Shown here: positions 8,938 through 17,909 of the stretch, piece by piece
Layout of the letters: every line of letters begins with the position of its first letter
How positions within the stretch are numbered: the first letter of the stretch is position 1
NCBI GenBank assembly: GCA_963763215.1
Contig: CAVXNX010000004.1
Span: 9,492 to 73,491, forward strand
From: an uncultured Bacteroidales bacterium
GTDB lineage: Bacteria; Bacteroidota; Bacteroidia; Bacteroidales; GCA-2748055
Direction: 5' to 3'
DNA: 64,000 nt
Made by a program: the position numbers and the translations under genes
The notes under the pieces: model-generated
Told to the model about the DNA's origin: nothing
Databases searched by the model: none
Seen by the model: only the letters and a program-made list of their open reading frames with translations

Positions 8938-11391
8938 ATGGAAATCACGAGTACAGGAAATGAGCCGGATTCCATGACTGGCAGTCAGGTATGGAACGAG
9001 GAAAAGAAATTGAGGGAAATCCTGGAGAATATCACAGAAATCTATTTCGAGACGTCCATCGATGGAAAGATTCTGTATGTGAGCCCCTCCATCGAACCCA
9101 TAACGGGTTTTTCGCGGGCGGAGACTGAAGGGAGGTCCATCTATGACTTTTACGAAAATCCGGATGACCGGGCGCGATACCTTCAAACCATCGGGAAGTC
9201 GGGGATGGTCAAAGACTACCTTGTGAATTTAAAGGACCACGAACAAAAGAGACATTATTTTCTTCTCAATTCACGGCTAGTCCGGGATGATGAGGGCAAT
9301 CCAGAAAAACTAACCGGAACCCTGCGTGACGTGACCGAAGCTCACAACGATCAGCTGGCCCTTTCCGAAAGCGAGATGAAGCACAGGCTGCTGCTCGAAA
9401 ATGCCGGGGTCCACATCATCTACACGGACACGGCCGGCAGCGTCATCCTGATTAACCGTCTTGCTGCCACATTCCTCGAGACAGGACCCGATGAACTTAC
9501 CGGCCGGAATATTTCAGAGATCCTCCCTGAACGGCTTTCAGGGTTGCTTTTCGAGAAGATCCATCATGTCATCCTGTATGAAACGGGCAGCCTGACCGAA
9601 ACCGAGGTCGTCCGGAACGAGCATTCATACTGGTTCATGATCAACCTCCAACCCGTAGCCCGTCGGGACGGGCAGATAAACGGGGTCGTGATCATCATGA
9701 GCGATATCACCGGAAAAAAGATGGCGGAACGCGAAATGCACAAGCTCTCGCTGGCCATCGAGCAGAGCACCACTCTGATCCTCATCACAGACGCCAGGGG
9801 CATCATCGAGTATGTAAATCCACGTTATACGGAAGTGACCGGATATTCATTCCGGGAAGTGGCAGGTAAAAGCGCCTGGGACTTTACGATCAACCGTGAT
9901 GATGCCCTGCTGTATGGAGAGTTACAGACACACCTCATGTCGGGCCGGACCTGGGAAGGAGAGATCAGGGATGTGACGAAAGACGGTACGAACATCTGGC
10001 TGAAGATCGTCATGTCACCCGTGACCAACAATGAAGGTGAGCTGGCGGGAATCATATCGGTCATGGAGGACATCACGGCAGCCTTTGAGGCGAAGGAGAA
10101 AGAGAAAAACATCAGGGAAAACCTCCAGATTCTGAATGAGACGGCTCTGGAGATCCTGGCTCTGCCACCCGGAGGAAATATTTATAAGCTCCTTGGGGAA
10201 CAACTGCACAAGATCTGCCCGGAGTGTTTGTTCGCCTTCAGCTCATACGATTCCCGTTTAAACCAGATGCGGATCGAATACCTCTGTGCTGGGCGCCAGT
10301 ATCTCGAAAAATTCGTGAACATCACCTCGAAAAGGATCCTTGACCTTTCACTGACTCTCCCCGCCGACGTCCATGAATTACTACGAAAAGATAAACTCCT
10401 TGAAATCGAGGACGGTTTGTACGGGATGTTCTTTAAAAAAATCCCCCGACACCTGTGCAAAAAAGCAGAAAAAAGACTGAATCTTGACCGGTTTTACGGC
10501 CGTGGCATCGTCAACAAGAATCACCTGTTTGGGAATGTCTGTATTATTACCCTGAAAGGTAAGCCCGGGATCGATCCGGATTTGCTGAATGCATTTTTCA
10601 CCCAGGCATCGCTTGGTCTCGAGCGGACCCTTTTGGAATCGGAATTGCGGACAGCAAGGGATTCTGCCGAAGAGATGAACCGGATGAAATCGGCTTTCCT
10701 GGCCAATATGAGCCATGAACTCAGAACCCCGCTCAATGGGATCCTCGGCTTTTCCGAATTGCTCATCGAACATATGGATAATGACAGGTTCAGGGAAATG
10801 GCCTCGGTGATCCAACAGAGTGGGATGAGACTCCTGGAAACGCTTAATACCATCCTCGATTTCTCAACCATCGAAGGGAAGAATGTCCTCCTGAACTACA
10901 CCTGTGAAGATGTGGAACAAATCATGAATGGACTCATCCGCCACTTCAGCTCCGAAGCCGCGAAAAAGGGTCTTTCCCTGGACTACCGGCCGGGACGCTC
11001 TGACCTCTCCTGCTTTGTGGTCAAGCCGATCCTGGAAAAAATTGTATCCCAGCTTCTTTCCAATGCCATTAAATTCACGAATGAAGGAAAGATTGCCATA
11101 AAAACCCGGCGAAAAGAAATAAACGGCCAGCCCTGCCTTATCATCCAGGTCGCCGATACCGGGACCGGCATTCCGCATGCAGAGCAGTCGCAGATCTTTG
11201 AGGAATTTCACCAGGTGAGCGAAGGATTCAGCCGCAAATATGAAGGTACCGGACTGGGACTGACTATCTGCAAGAAGTTTACCGATATGCTTCACGGTCA
11301 GATCGGCGTGGATTCCAGCCCGGGCAAAGGCTCGACCTTCACCCTCCGGATCCCGGCCTACAGCCGGGATCCCAATGAACAATCAAACTGA
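8938..11391 (+). CDS. Cytoplasmic multi-PAS sensor histidine kinase without receiver domain
   Basis: Three PAS repeats; H-box FLANMSHELRTPLNGILGF; NAIKFT, DTGTGI, IFEEF and GTGLGL boxes. Confidence 0.92.
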   Translation: MEITSTGNEPDSMTGSQVWNEEKKLREILENITEIYFETSIDGKILYVSPSIEPITGFSRAETEGRSIYDFYENPDDRARYLQTIGKSGMVKDYLVNLKDHEQKRHYFLLNSRLVRDDEGNPEKLTGTLRDVTEAHNDQLALSESEMKHRLLLENAGVHIIYTDTAGSVILINRLAATFLETGPDELTGRNISEILPERLSGLLFEKIHHVILYETGSLTETEVVRNEHSYWFMINLQPVARRDGQINGVVIIMSDITGKKMAEREMHKLSLAIEQSTTLILITDARGIIEYVNPRYTEVTGYSFREVAGKSAWDFTINRDDALLYGELQTHLMSGRTWEGEIRDVTKDGTNIWLKIVMSPVTNNEGELAGIISVMEDITAAFEAKEKEKNIRENLQILNETALEILALPPGGNIYKLLGEQLHKICPECLFAFSSYDSRLNQMRIEYLCAGRQYLEKFVNITSKRILDLSLTLPADVHELLRKDKLLEIEDGLYGMFFKKIPRHLCKKAEKRLNLDRFYGRGIVNKNHLFGNVCIITLKGKPGIDPDLLNAFFTQASLGLERTLLESELRTARDSAEEMNRMKSAFLANMSHELRTPLNGILGFSELLIEHMDNDRFREMASVIQQSGMRLLETLNTILDFSTIEGKNVLLNYTCEDVEQIMNGLIRHFSSEAAKKGLSLDYRPGRSDLSCFVVKPILEKIVSQLLSNAIKFTNEGKIAIKTRRKEINGQPCLIIQVADTGTGIPHAEQSQIFEEFHQVSEGFSRKYEGTGLGLTICKKFTDMLHGQIGVDSSPGKGSTFTLRIPAYSRDPNEQSN

Positions 11392-11484
11392 AATGACGTT
11401 TACGTATCAACAGGGGTGCCATGCTTTTTTTCCCATTTTATGTAAAAAACATTGAGAGGTATATTGTATAATGGGAAAAAAGCG

Positions 11485-11492
11485 TATTTTTG
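11485..11492 (+). promoter_or_regulatory. -7 box (TATTTTTG) for the polyamine operon
   Basis: Exact TAnnTTTG followed by an A/T-rich leader. Confidence 0.55.
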
Positions 11493-11546
11493 ACCGCCGT
11501 TTTAAAAATAATACTTTATGGTTAACGTATTCACTTAATTAAGTAA

Positions 11547-12152
11547 ATGAAAAACAAGCAATTAAACACATTGCTGAGGCCTGAATTAGCCCAGGCCGGC
11601 GGCTTTCAAAAAAACCTCGTTGTTGGCAACAGGATTCCCAAAGATTACTTTGTCACCACAGGGTCTGGAGAAAGTGACATTACCGTGCATGCCGGCTCCT
11701 ACCATTTAGCTCTCAAGTCGGCAGGCATTGAAATGGCTAATATAATGACCTACTCTTCAATTCTCCCAGGAATAGCAAACGAAATACCCAAGCCGGCCCA
11801 TGTTACTCATGGTGCCGTGGTGGAGTCCATCATGGCCGTCGCCAATGGAACAAAGGGTGAACTTCTCAGCGCCGGGATCATCTATGGATGGTTATACGAC
11901 CGCTACACCAATGAGAAGTTCGGAGGTCTCGTGTGCGAACATAACGGGAATTATACAGATGAAGAGATACGGTTTAAACTCAGAGAGAGCCTTAATGAAC
12001 TGTACATCAACGGTTTCGAAGAGCAATATTCGCTCAGGGACACCCGTCTGATCACACAGTCGTGCCAGCCGGAGAAAAATTTCGGTACCGCTATGGTTGC
12101 CCTCTGTTTCACGAGCTACCTGTATCCTGTTCTGGATTATCCGACAAACTGA
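11547..12152 (+). CDS. pdaD: Pyruvoyl-dependent arginine decarboxylase
   Basis: RIPKDYFVTTGSGES, SYHLALKSAGIEMANIMTY-SS-ILP (Ser-Ser autocleavage site), GGLVCEH. Confidence 0.85.
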   Translation: MKNKQLNTLLRPELAQAGGFQKNLVVGNRIPKDYFVTTGSGESDITVHAGSYHLALKSAGIEMANIMTYSSILPGIANEIPKPAHVTHGAVVESIMAVANGTKGELLSAGIIYGWLYDRYTNEKFGGLVCEHNGNYTDEEIRFKLRESLNELYINGFEEQYSLRDTRLITQSCQPEKNFGTAMVALCFTSYLYPVLDYPTN

Positions 12153-12158
12153 TCATAT

Positions 12159-13025
12159 ATGATGCAGAATTACGGAGGAGTGTCTGAAGAATATACCACG
12201 TATCATTCTTCAGACATTGTCATCATTCCCGTTCCCTATGACGCCACGAGCACGTGGGTCAAGGGAGCAGACAGGGGGCCCGCTGCCCTTCTCGAGGCAT
12301 CGGCCAACATGGAACTCTATGACATCGAAACAGATTCCGAGGTCTACCTGAAAGGGATCCATACCACGGAAAACATCACCACCGGCGGGACACCGGAGGA
12401 CCTGGCGCCGCTGGTCAGGGCGAAAATGCTTTCTGTCTTTAACGACAACAAGTTTCCCGTCCTCATCGGCGGTGAACATTCCGTAAGCATCGGCGCTTTC
12501 CAGGCGGCAGCGGAAAAATTCGGGGACCTGACGATCCTCCAGATCGATGCCCATGCCGACCTCAGGGAGGACTATGAAGGCTCGTCGTTTAACCATGCCT
12601 GTGTCATGGCCAGGGCAAAGGAACTGGCACCCATCGTGCAGGTCGGCATCCGGAGCATGAGCGTCGAAGAAAAGGATCAACTGGATCCTGACCGCGTCAT
12701 TTTTGCACGTGATATCTTCCGGCAGCCCCGCTGGGACGAAAAAGCCCTGGACCTGCTGACACGGAACGTGTATATTACCATCGATCTCGATGCCTTCGAT
12801 CCCGCTTACGTCATTGCCACAGGAACCCCGGAACCCGGCGGACTGAGTTACTATACCGTGCTGGATTTTCTCAGAAAGGTGAACAGCCGGTGCACGATCG
12901 TCGGTTTCGATGTGGTGGAACTTTGCCCGGTGGAAAACATCAAGGCCCCCGATTTCCTGGCAACAAAACTTGTCTACCAGCTGTTGAGTTATAAATATTT
13001 TGATAAACATGAAGAACATGGATAA
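12159..13025 (+). CDS. speB: Agmatinase (ureohydrolase)
   Basis: GGEHSVS, DAHAD, DLDAFDP, GTPEPGG, FDVVEL. Confidence 0.92.
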   Translation: MMQNYGGVSEEYTTYHSSDIVIIPVPYDATSTWVKGADRGPAALLEASANMELYDIETDSEVYLKGIHTTENITTGGTPEDLAPLVRAKMLSVFNDNKFPVLIGGEHSVSIGAFQAAAEKFGDLTILQIDAHADLREDYEGSSFNHACVMARAKELAPIVQVGIRSMSVEEKDQLDPDRVIFARDIFRQPRWDEKALDLLTRNVYITIDLDAFDPAYVIATGTPEPGGLSYYTVLDFLRKVNSRCTIVGFDVVELCPVENIKAPDFLATKLVYQLLSYKYFDKHEEHG

Positions 13026-14052
13026 GAAAGATTTTTTAAAAGATACCATTAAACATATTGATATCGCTTCCTTTGATTCGACAGCCATCATCGGGGCCAT
13101 GCGCGGCATGTCCTTTTCTTCGAGAGATACCGCCCAGGCTGCCGACATCCTGGTGAGAATGCTCAACGACAGAGAATGTTCAGTCATCCTCACCCTCGCC
13201 GGCAGCACCAGTGCAGGAGGTTGTATGCAGGTCTATGCCGACATGATAAAATACAATATGGTCGACGCTGTGGTGGCCACCGGCGCCTCTATCGTCGATA
13301 TGGACTTCTTTGAAGCCCTGGGTTTCAAACATTACCGGGGTACCCCCTTTGTGGATGACACCACCCTCCGGGATCATTACATCGACCGGATTTACGACAC
13401 CTTCATCGATGAAGAAGAACTCCAGTCGTGCGACAGTGCCGTTCAGGCCATCGCCGATTCTCTTGAGCCCCGTCCCTATTCCTCGCGCGAGTTCATCGCT
13501 GAGATGGGTAAGTACCTGGTCACCCATTCCAAAAAGAAAGAATCACTCGTTCAGCTTGCCTGGGAACACAATGTACCGGTCTTCTGCCCGGCATTCAGTG
13601 ACAGCAGCGCGGGTTTCGGCCTGGTAAAACACCAGTGGGAAAATCCCGGCAAACATGTCTCGATCGACTCGGTAAAAGATTTCCTTGAACTGACGATGGT
13701 GAAAATGAAGGCCCAGACCACCGGACTCTTCATGATCGGGGGCGGGGTGCCTAAGAATTTTGCGCAGGATACGGTGGTATGCGCCGAGATCCTTGGCGTA
13801 CCAGCTCCCATGCATAAGTATGCCGTACAGATCACCGTGGCTGATGTTCGCGATGGGGCATGCTCGAGTTCCACCCTGAAGGAAGCTTCATCGTGGGGAA
13901 AGGTTGATACCGTTTATGAACAAATGGTTTATGCTGAAGCCACCACCGTTCTGCCCCTGATCGTCAGCTTTGCCTACCACCAGAAAGACTGGACCCAGGC
14001 AAGGCCTAAGCGGGAGTGGGCGGGAATCTTTCAGAAACAGGCCGCACTCTGA
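13018..14052 (+). CDS. Deoxyhypusine-synthase-like protein (probable homospermidine synthase)
   Basis: IDRIYDT, PVFCPAFSDSSAG, IGGGVPKNF, DGACSSSTLKEASSWGK with the catalytic Lys; overlaps the speB stop codon. Confidence 0.88.
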   Translation: MDKKDFLKDTIKHIDIASFDSTAIIGAMRGMSFSSRDTAQAADILVRMLNDRECSVILTLAGSTSAGGCMQVYADMIKYNMVDAVVATGASIVDMDFFEALGFKHYRGTPFVDDTTLRDHYIDRIYDTFIDEEELQSCDSAVQAIADSLEPRPYSSREFIAEMGKYLVTHSKKKESLVQLAWEHNVPVFCPAFSDSSAGFGLVKHQWENPGKHVSIDSVKDFLELTMVKMKAQTTGLFMIGGGVPKNFAQDTVVCAEILGVPAPMHKYAVQITVADVRDGACSSSTLKEASSWGKVDTVYEQMVYAEATTVLPLIVSFAYHQKDWTQARPKREWAGIFQKQAAL

Positions 14053-14065
14053 TATGGAAAAAAGT

Positions 14066-14100
14066 GCCGGCACGGCACGGATCCTGATTTCCGTGCCGGT
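14066..14100. other. GC-rich stem-loop after the polyamine operon (possible terminator or processing site)
   Basis: GCCGGCACGG...CCGTGCCGGT inverted repeat; no clear T-run. Confidence 0.45.
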
Positions 14101-14133
14101 ATATTGGCATTCTTTACGATCAAACTGCATGAT

Positions 14134-14607
14134 ATGAGACGATTGTGGATCCTATGCCTGGTCATGTCATTGTTTTTAAGCACCAATGCCAAAGCACAGG
14201 ACTATCAAAATGCGGTGGGCGTGCGTCTGGGTCTTTCACAGGGCATCACCTACAAGCACTTCCTAACGATCACCGACGCGGCTGAAGGTTTGCTGACGGT
14301 GAGATGGGGAGGATTTGACATCACCGGACTGTATGAACGGCATCTCGGGGCCTTTGATGTCGAGGGTCTGTATTTTTACTATGGCGGCGGTGCCCACCTG
14401 GGCATCTGGAACGGCGACATAAACCCCTGGTTTCACGACACCAGGTCCCATACGGTGATCGGTATCGACGGCGTGGTCGGCCTCGAATATGTCTTCTCAC
14501 AAATACCATTCAATGCAGCGGTCGATTGGAAGCCCGGGATAAATCTGATCGGGTATACCGGGTTCTGGGGTGATGAACTGGCCCTGTCATTCCGGTTTGT
14601 ATTCTGA
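14134..14607 (+). CDS. Small outer-membrane beta-barrel-like protein
   Basis: Signal peptide ending AKA-Q; alternating aromatic/Gly strands (YYGGGAHLG, GIDGVVGLEY, DWKPGIN); C-terminal Phe. Confidence 0.7.
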   Translation: MRRLWILCLVMSLFLSTNAKAQDYQNAVGVRLGLSQGITYKHFLTITDAAEGLLTVRWGGFDITGLYERHLGAFDVEGLYFYYGGGAHLGIWNGDINPWFHDTRSHTVIGIDGVVGLEYVFSQIPFNAAVDWKPGINLIGYTGFWGDELALSFRFVF

Positions 14608-14664
14608 AAAATGACCGGTTAATACGCTTCCGGTTCCCAAAATGTCGAAACTAAACCTGCACAT

Positions 14665-15609
14665 ATGGCCTTTCCCACTTCCGAAGATCTGAAAAACTGC
14701 CACAGGAGAATTTCTCCTTACATCCATAAAACCCCGGTTTTAACATGTGCAACCCTCAACCGCATCACCGGCTCCTCTCTCTTCTTCAAATGTGAAAATT
14801 TCCAGAAGATGGGGGCTTTCAAGATGCGGGGAGCGATGAATGCCGTGTCGCAATTGACCGACGGTCAAAAACAGCGGGGTGTGGCCACCCATTCGTCGGG
14901 AAATTTCGGTCAGGCCCTCGCGCTCTCGGCCAGGGAGGTGGGGATAAAAGCCTGGATCGTTATGCCTTCCACCGCCCCGCGGGTCAAGAAAGACGCCGTG
15001 AACGGTTATGGCGCAGAGATCATTGAGTGTGAACCGAGCCTGACCGCCAGAGAAAAGACCCTCGAAGAGGTCGTCGCCCGCACCGGCGCCACATTCATCC
15101 ATTCTTCGAACAACATGGACGTCATCGTTGGGAACAGCACGGCTGCCATGGAAATGATCTTTTCCGACGGTCCTTTCGATGCCATCATCGCACCCGTTGG
15201 CGGCGGCGGTCTTCTGGCCGGTACAGAGCTGGCCGCTCTACATTTCAACCCCGGCTGCGAAATATACGCTGGTGAACCTTTCGCCGCCGATGATGCTTTT
15301 CATTCGCTCAGAACGGGGAAGATCCAGCCTTCAGACCATCCTGATACCATTGCCGACGGACTTAAAACCTCGCTCGGCGACCTGAATTTCCCGGTCATCC
15401 GGCAGTTGACGAAAGAAATTATCCGTGTAGAAGAACACGAAATCGTATCCGCGATGAAACTGGCCTGGGAACGGATGAAAATCGTGATCGAACCTTCAAG
15501 TGCCGTTGCCCTGGCAGCCGTTATCCGCGACAGCGGCAAATTCAGGGGGAAACGGACAGGCGTCATCTTTTCTGGGGGAAATGTGGACCTGTCTCAACTG
15601 CCATTCTGA
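14665..15609 (+). CDS. PLP-dependent serine racemase/dehydratase family enzyme (fold type II)
   Basis: KCENFQKMGAFKMRGA with the PLP Lys, THSSGNFGQAL, PVGGGGLLAG, TIADG, IEPSSA, SGGNVDL; no ACT domain. Confidence 0.88.
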   Translation: MAFPTSEDLKNCHRRISPYIHKTPVLTCATLNRITGSSLFFKCENFQKMGAFKMRGAMNAVSQLTDGQKQRGVATHSSGNFGQALALSAREVGIKAWIVMPSTAPRVKKDAVNGYGAEIIECEPSLTAREKTLEEVVARTGATFIHSSNNMDVIVGNSTAAMEMIFSDGPFDAIIAPVGGGGLLAGTELAALHFNPGCEIYAGEPFAADDAFHSLRTGKIQPSDHPDTIADGLKTSLGDLNFPVIRQLTKEIIRVEEHEIVSAMKLAWERMKIVIEPSSAVALAAVIRDSGKFRGKRTGVIFSGGNVDLSQLPF

Positions 15610-15717
15610 CGGCAGGCGGAACGACCGGCCCTTTCTTTCACGCCATAAAAGAGGCGGGATGACGGCTACCCCGTAACCGTCACCCCGCCCTGCATATTTT
15701 GACATCCTGATCGGCGA

Positions 15718-16587
15718 TCACTTTTCCTTTTTCACAAGGTCCGCATAACTGATCAGTTTGACGCCCTTCTTCTCTATGGCCTTCCTGACTACATCACTTG
15801 TGAAAATATCGGTAACGATCTGTCTCTGCTGACCGACATTCGTATTACCGGTATGCCCGATCGTCTCCATTTCGGCTGTCTCCAGTGCGGGATGCTCTAC
15901 CGTCAGGTAGGTTCCCGGCTTCAGATTCATGATGCTTTCCGCAAAAGCGGCTGCCCTGTCCTCGAAGCTCCCGGACCGGGGCTTGACCATCGGCATGGGC
16001 TTCACACCATAATCAGCCGGTGTGATATCGATGTGGTATTCCTTTGCCAGGCGGTTGACCAGATCCTCGATAGCCGGGTCGGCACTCGTGAACCCCATAT
16101 GCGTGGAGACATGGGAAATATTTTTGATGTTTTTCATGGCGACTTCGATCTGTGCGCGCAGTTCACGTTCAACATCCCATAACCGGTAACCCGACTCCAG
16201 GAACGTCATATCAGGAGGAAAATCGCTGGAGGGCCAGACCATCGGATAAAAATACCCGTTCCTGTCCGTGATACTCGACTCACCCGTGATGGGCCGCCAC
16301 TTCATTTCTGACCATTCACTGGTGACCAGGAGGTGAACCCCGACATCCAGGCCCGGATGTTCATTCAGCATTTCTGCGGCTTCAGGAAACCACGGGCAGG
16401 GCACCATGACTTCAACAGACCTGACGATCCCGTCGGTATACGACCGGATGCAGCCCAGGTTGGCGGCATGGAATGAGCCAATGTCGTCACCCCTGACAAT
16501 GAGCCGGATCCCGTTGTCTGGCTGACTAAAAGATGCCCGCATCATTCCGAACAGGAAGAACACGCTAAGGTAAAATGACGTCTTCAT
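15718..16587 (-). CDS. Exported ChbG/YdjC-family carbohydrate deacetylase
   Basis: Signal peptide; LIVRGDDIG, VGVHL, ELRAQIE, SHVSTHMG, EHP; TACCTTTG box at 16614-16621 on the minus strand. Confidence 0.85.
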   Translation of the reverse strand: MKTSFYLSVFFLFGMMRASFSQPDNGIRLIVRGDDIGSFHAANLGCIRSYTDGIVRSVEVMVPCPWFPEAAEMLNEHPGLDVGVHLLVTSEWSEMKWRPITGESSITDRNGYFYPMVWPSSDFPPDMTFLESGYRLWDVERELRAQIEVAMKNIKNISHVSTHMGFTSADPAIEDLVNRLAKEYHIDITPADYGVKPMPMVKPRSGSFEDRAAAFAESIMNLKPGTYLTVEHPALETAEMETIGHTGNTNVGQQRQIVTDIFTSDVVRKAIEKKGVKLISYADLVKKEK

Positions 16588-16686
16588 GGGTAATGGATTT
16601 GTTGGTTGGAAAACAAAGGTAAAATTTTTTGATGGAAAGTATAAGCCGGACACACAAGAATGACGGCTTTTTGCGTTCAGGATAAA

Positions 16687-16771
16687 CTGACATCTCCGGC
16701 TGTCAAAGCCTGACATTTTTTCCATCGGAACCTGCCAATATGGATCGATTTTTCGATGGCATGTTTTCTGT
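16687..16771 (+). promoter_or_regulatory. Putative sigma54 (-24/-12) promoter with phased upstream CTG(A/C)CA repeats
   Basis: TGGCATG-TTTT-CTGT at 16757-16771 versus consensus TGGCACG-N4-TTGC; CTGACA at 16687 and 16710, CTGCCA at 16732. Confidence 0.45.
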
Positions 16772-16821
16772 AAACATATTGAAAAATCTAACTATTTAGA
16801 TAAACTAAAATTTTTCAACCC

Positions 16822-17406
16822 ATGATCAAACGTGTCAATTCTCTCGAAGAGCTCCAGGAAATGCTTGAGCATCATGACAAAACCTACCTGCTGATTTACA
16901 AGAAAGATTCAGAACAGAGTGAATGTGCGTTGCACCATTTTGAAGAGGCCTCTGCCGGGATAGCGGATATCCAGCTCTTAACGGTCGATGTGGCCAAGGT
17001 AACCGATATCCACCCCCATTATCATGTAACCACGGCTCCCACCATGATTGAGTTTGACAGGAACCTGCCTAAGAATGTGATTAAGGGATGTCACGAATCG
17101 GGCTATTTCAGGGCCATCCTGGAAGATGCGGTCTATCACAGTGAAATGAAGAAATCCGGGAAAACACAGAAGCGGGTAACCGTCTATTCCACGCCGACCT
17201 GTTCCTGGTGCAACACCCTGAAGTCGTACCTGCGGCAGAATAAGATCCGGTTTAACGACATTGATGTCTCGAGAGATCAGAATGCCGCCCAGGAAATGGT
17301 CAGAAGGAGCGGTCAGCAGGGCGTTCCACAGACGGACATTAATGGTACGATGATTGTTGGGTTCGACAAGAAACGCATCAATGATCTTCTGGAGATCCAG
17401 GGATAA
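16822..17406 (+). CDS. Thioredoxin-like/glutaredoxin fusion protein
   Basis: N-terminal Trx-like fold with no CxxC (VTTAPTMIEF cis-Pro loop); C-terminal Grx VTVYSTPTCSWC...GQQGVPQTDING..IVGFD. Confidence 0.85.
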   Translation: MIKRVNSLEELQEMLEHHDKTYLLIYKKDSEQSECALHHFEEASAGIADIQLLTVDVAKVTDIHPHYHVTTAPTMIEFDRNLPKNVIKGCHESGYFRAILEDAVYHSEMKKSGKTQKRVTVYSTPTCSWCNTLKSYLRQNKIRFNDIDVSRDQNAAQEMVRRSGQQGVPQTDINGTMIVGFDKKRINDLLEIQG

Positions 17407-17441
17407 CCGAAAACATATTTATGAACATAAAAGCACAACAA

Positions 17442-17729
17442 ATGAAAGAATTACAACCCATTAACCAGAATGTCCTGCTCGAACTGGCAGATGATAAAAA
17501 AGAACAGAGAACCGCCTCAGGCATTATTATTCCGGATACGGCAAGGGAAAAACAGAATATTGCGAAGATTTCCGGCATCAGCCATATCGAAAATCCGGAA
17601 ATTTCCGTCGGCGACATGGTTCTTTACAAAGAATATTCTGGCACCGAAGTGGAATTTGAAGGAAAGAAATACCTGCTCATTCAATATGCTGACATCCTGG
17701 CAAAGATCGTTCAGACCGAATCCATTTAA
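17442..17729 (+). CDS. groES: Co-chaperonin GroES family protein with no groEL beside it
   Basis: LQPINQNVLL, mobile loop TASGIIIPDTAREK, VGDMVLYKEYSGTEVEFEGKKYLL..DILA. Confidence 0.85.
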   Translation: MKELQPINQNVLLELADDKKEQRTASGIIIPDTAREKQNIAKISGISHIENPEISVGDMVLYKEYSGTEVEFEGKKYLLIQYADILAKIVQTESI

Positions 17730-17909
17730 GGATCTCCCGGCAGCCAATATTTTAATAAAATCCTTTTAAACAGGTTGTGTTGTTGATTTGCTCCGGCAAT
17801 CGCAACACATCCTGTTTCTTTTTTCAGGCCGGAGTATGGCCAAGAATAAACGGCCCGACGCTTTCTTTTTTCAGTATAATGTTTATTTTTGAAGAAAAGA
17901 TGTAAACTT

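Noticed and set aside
13018-14052. Bacterial hypusination of a translation factor
   Set aside because: No eIF5A, EF-P or deoxyhypusine hydroxylase gene is nearby, and the operon context points to polyamine synthesis.
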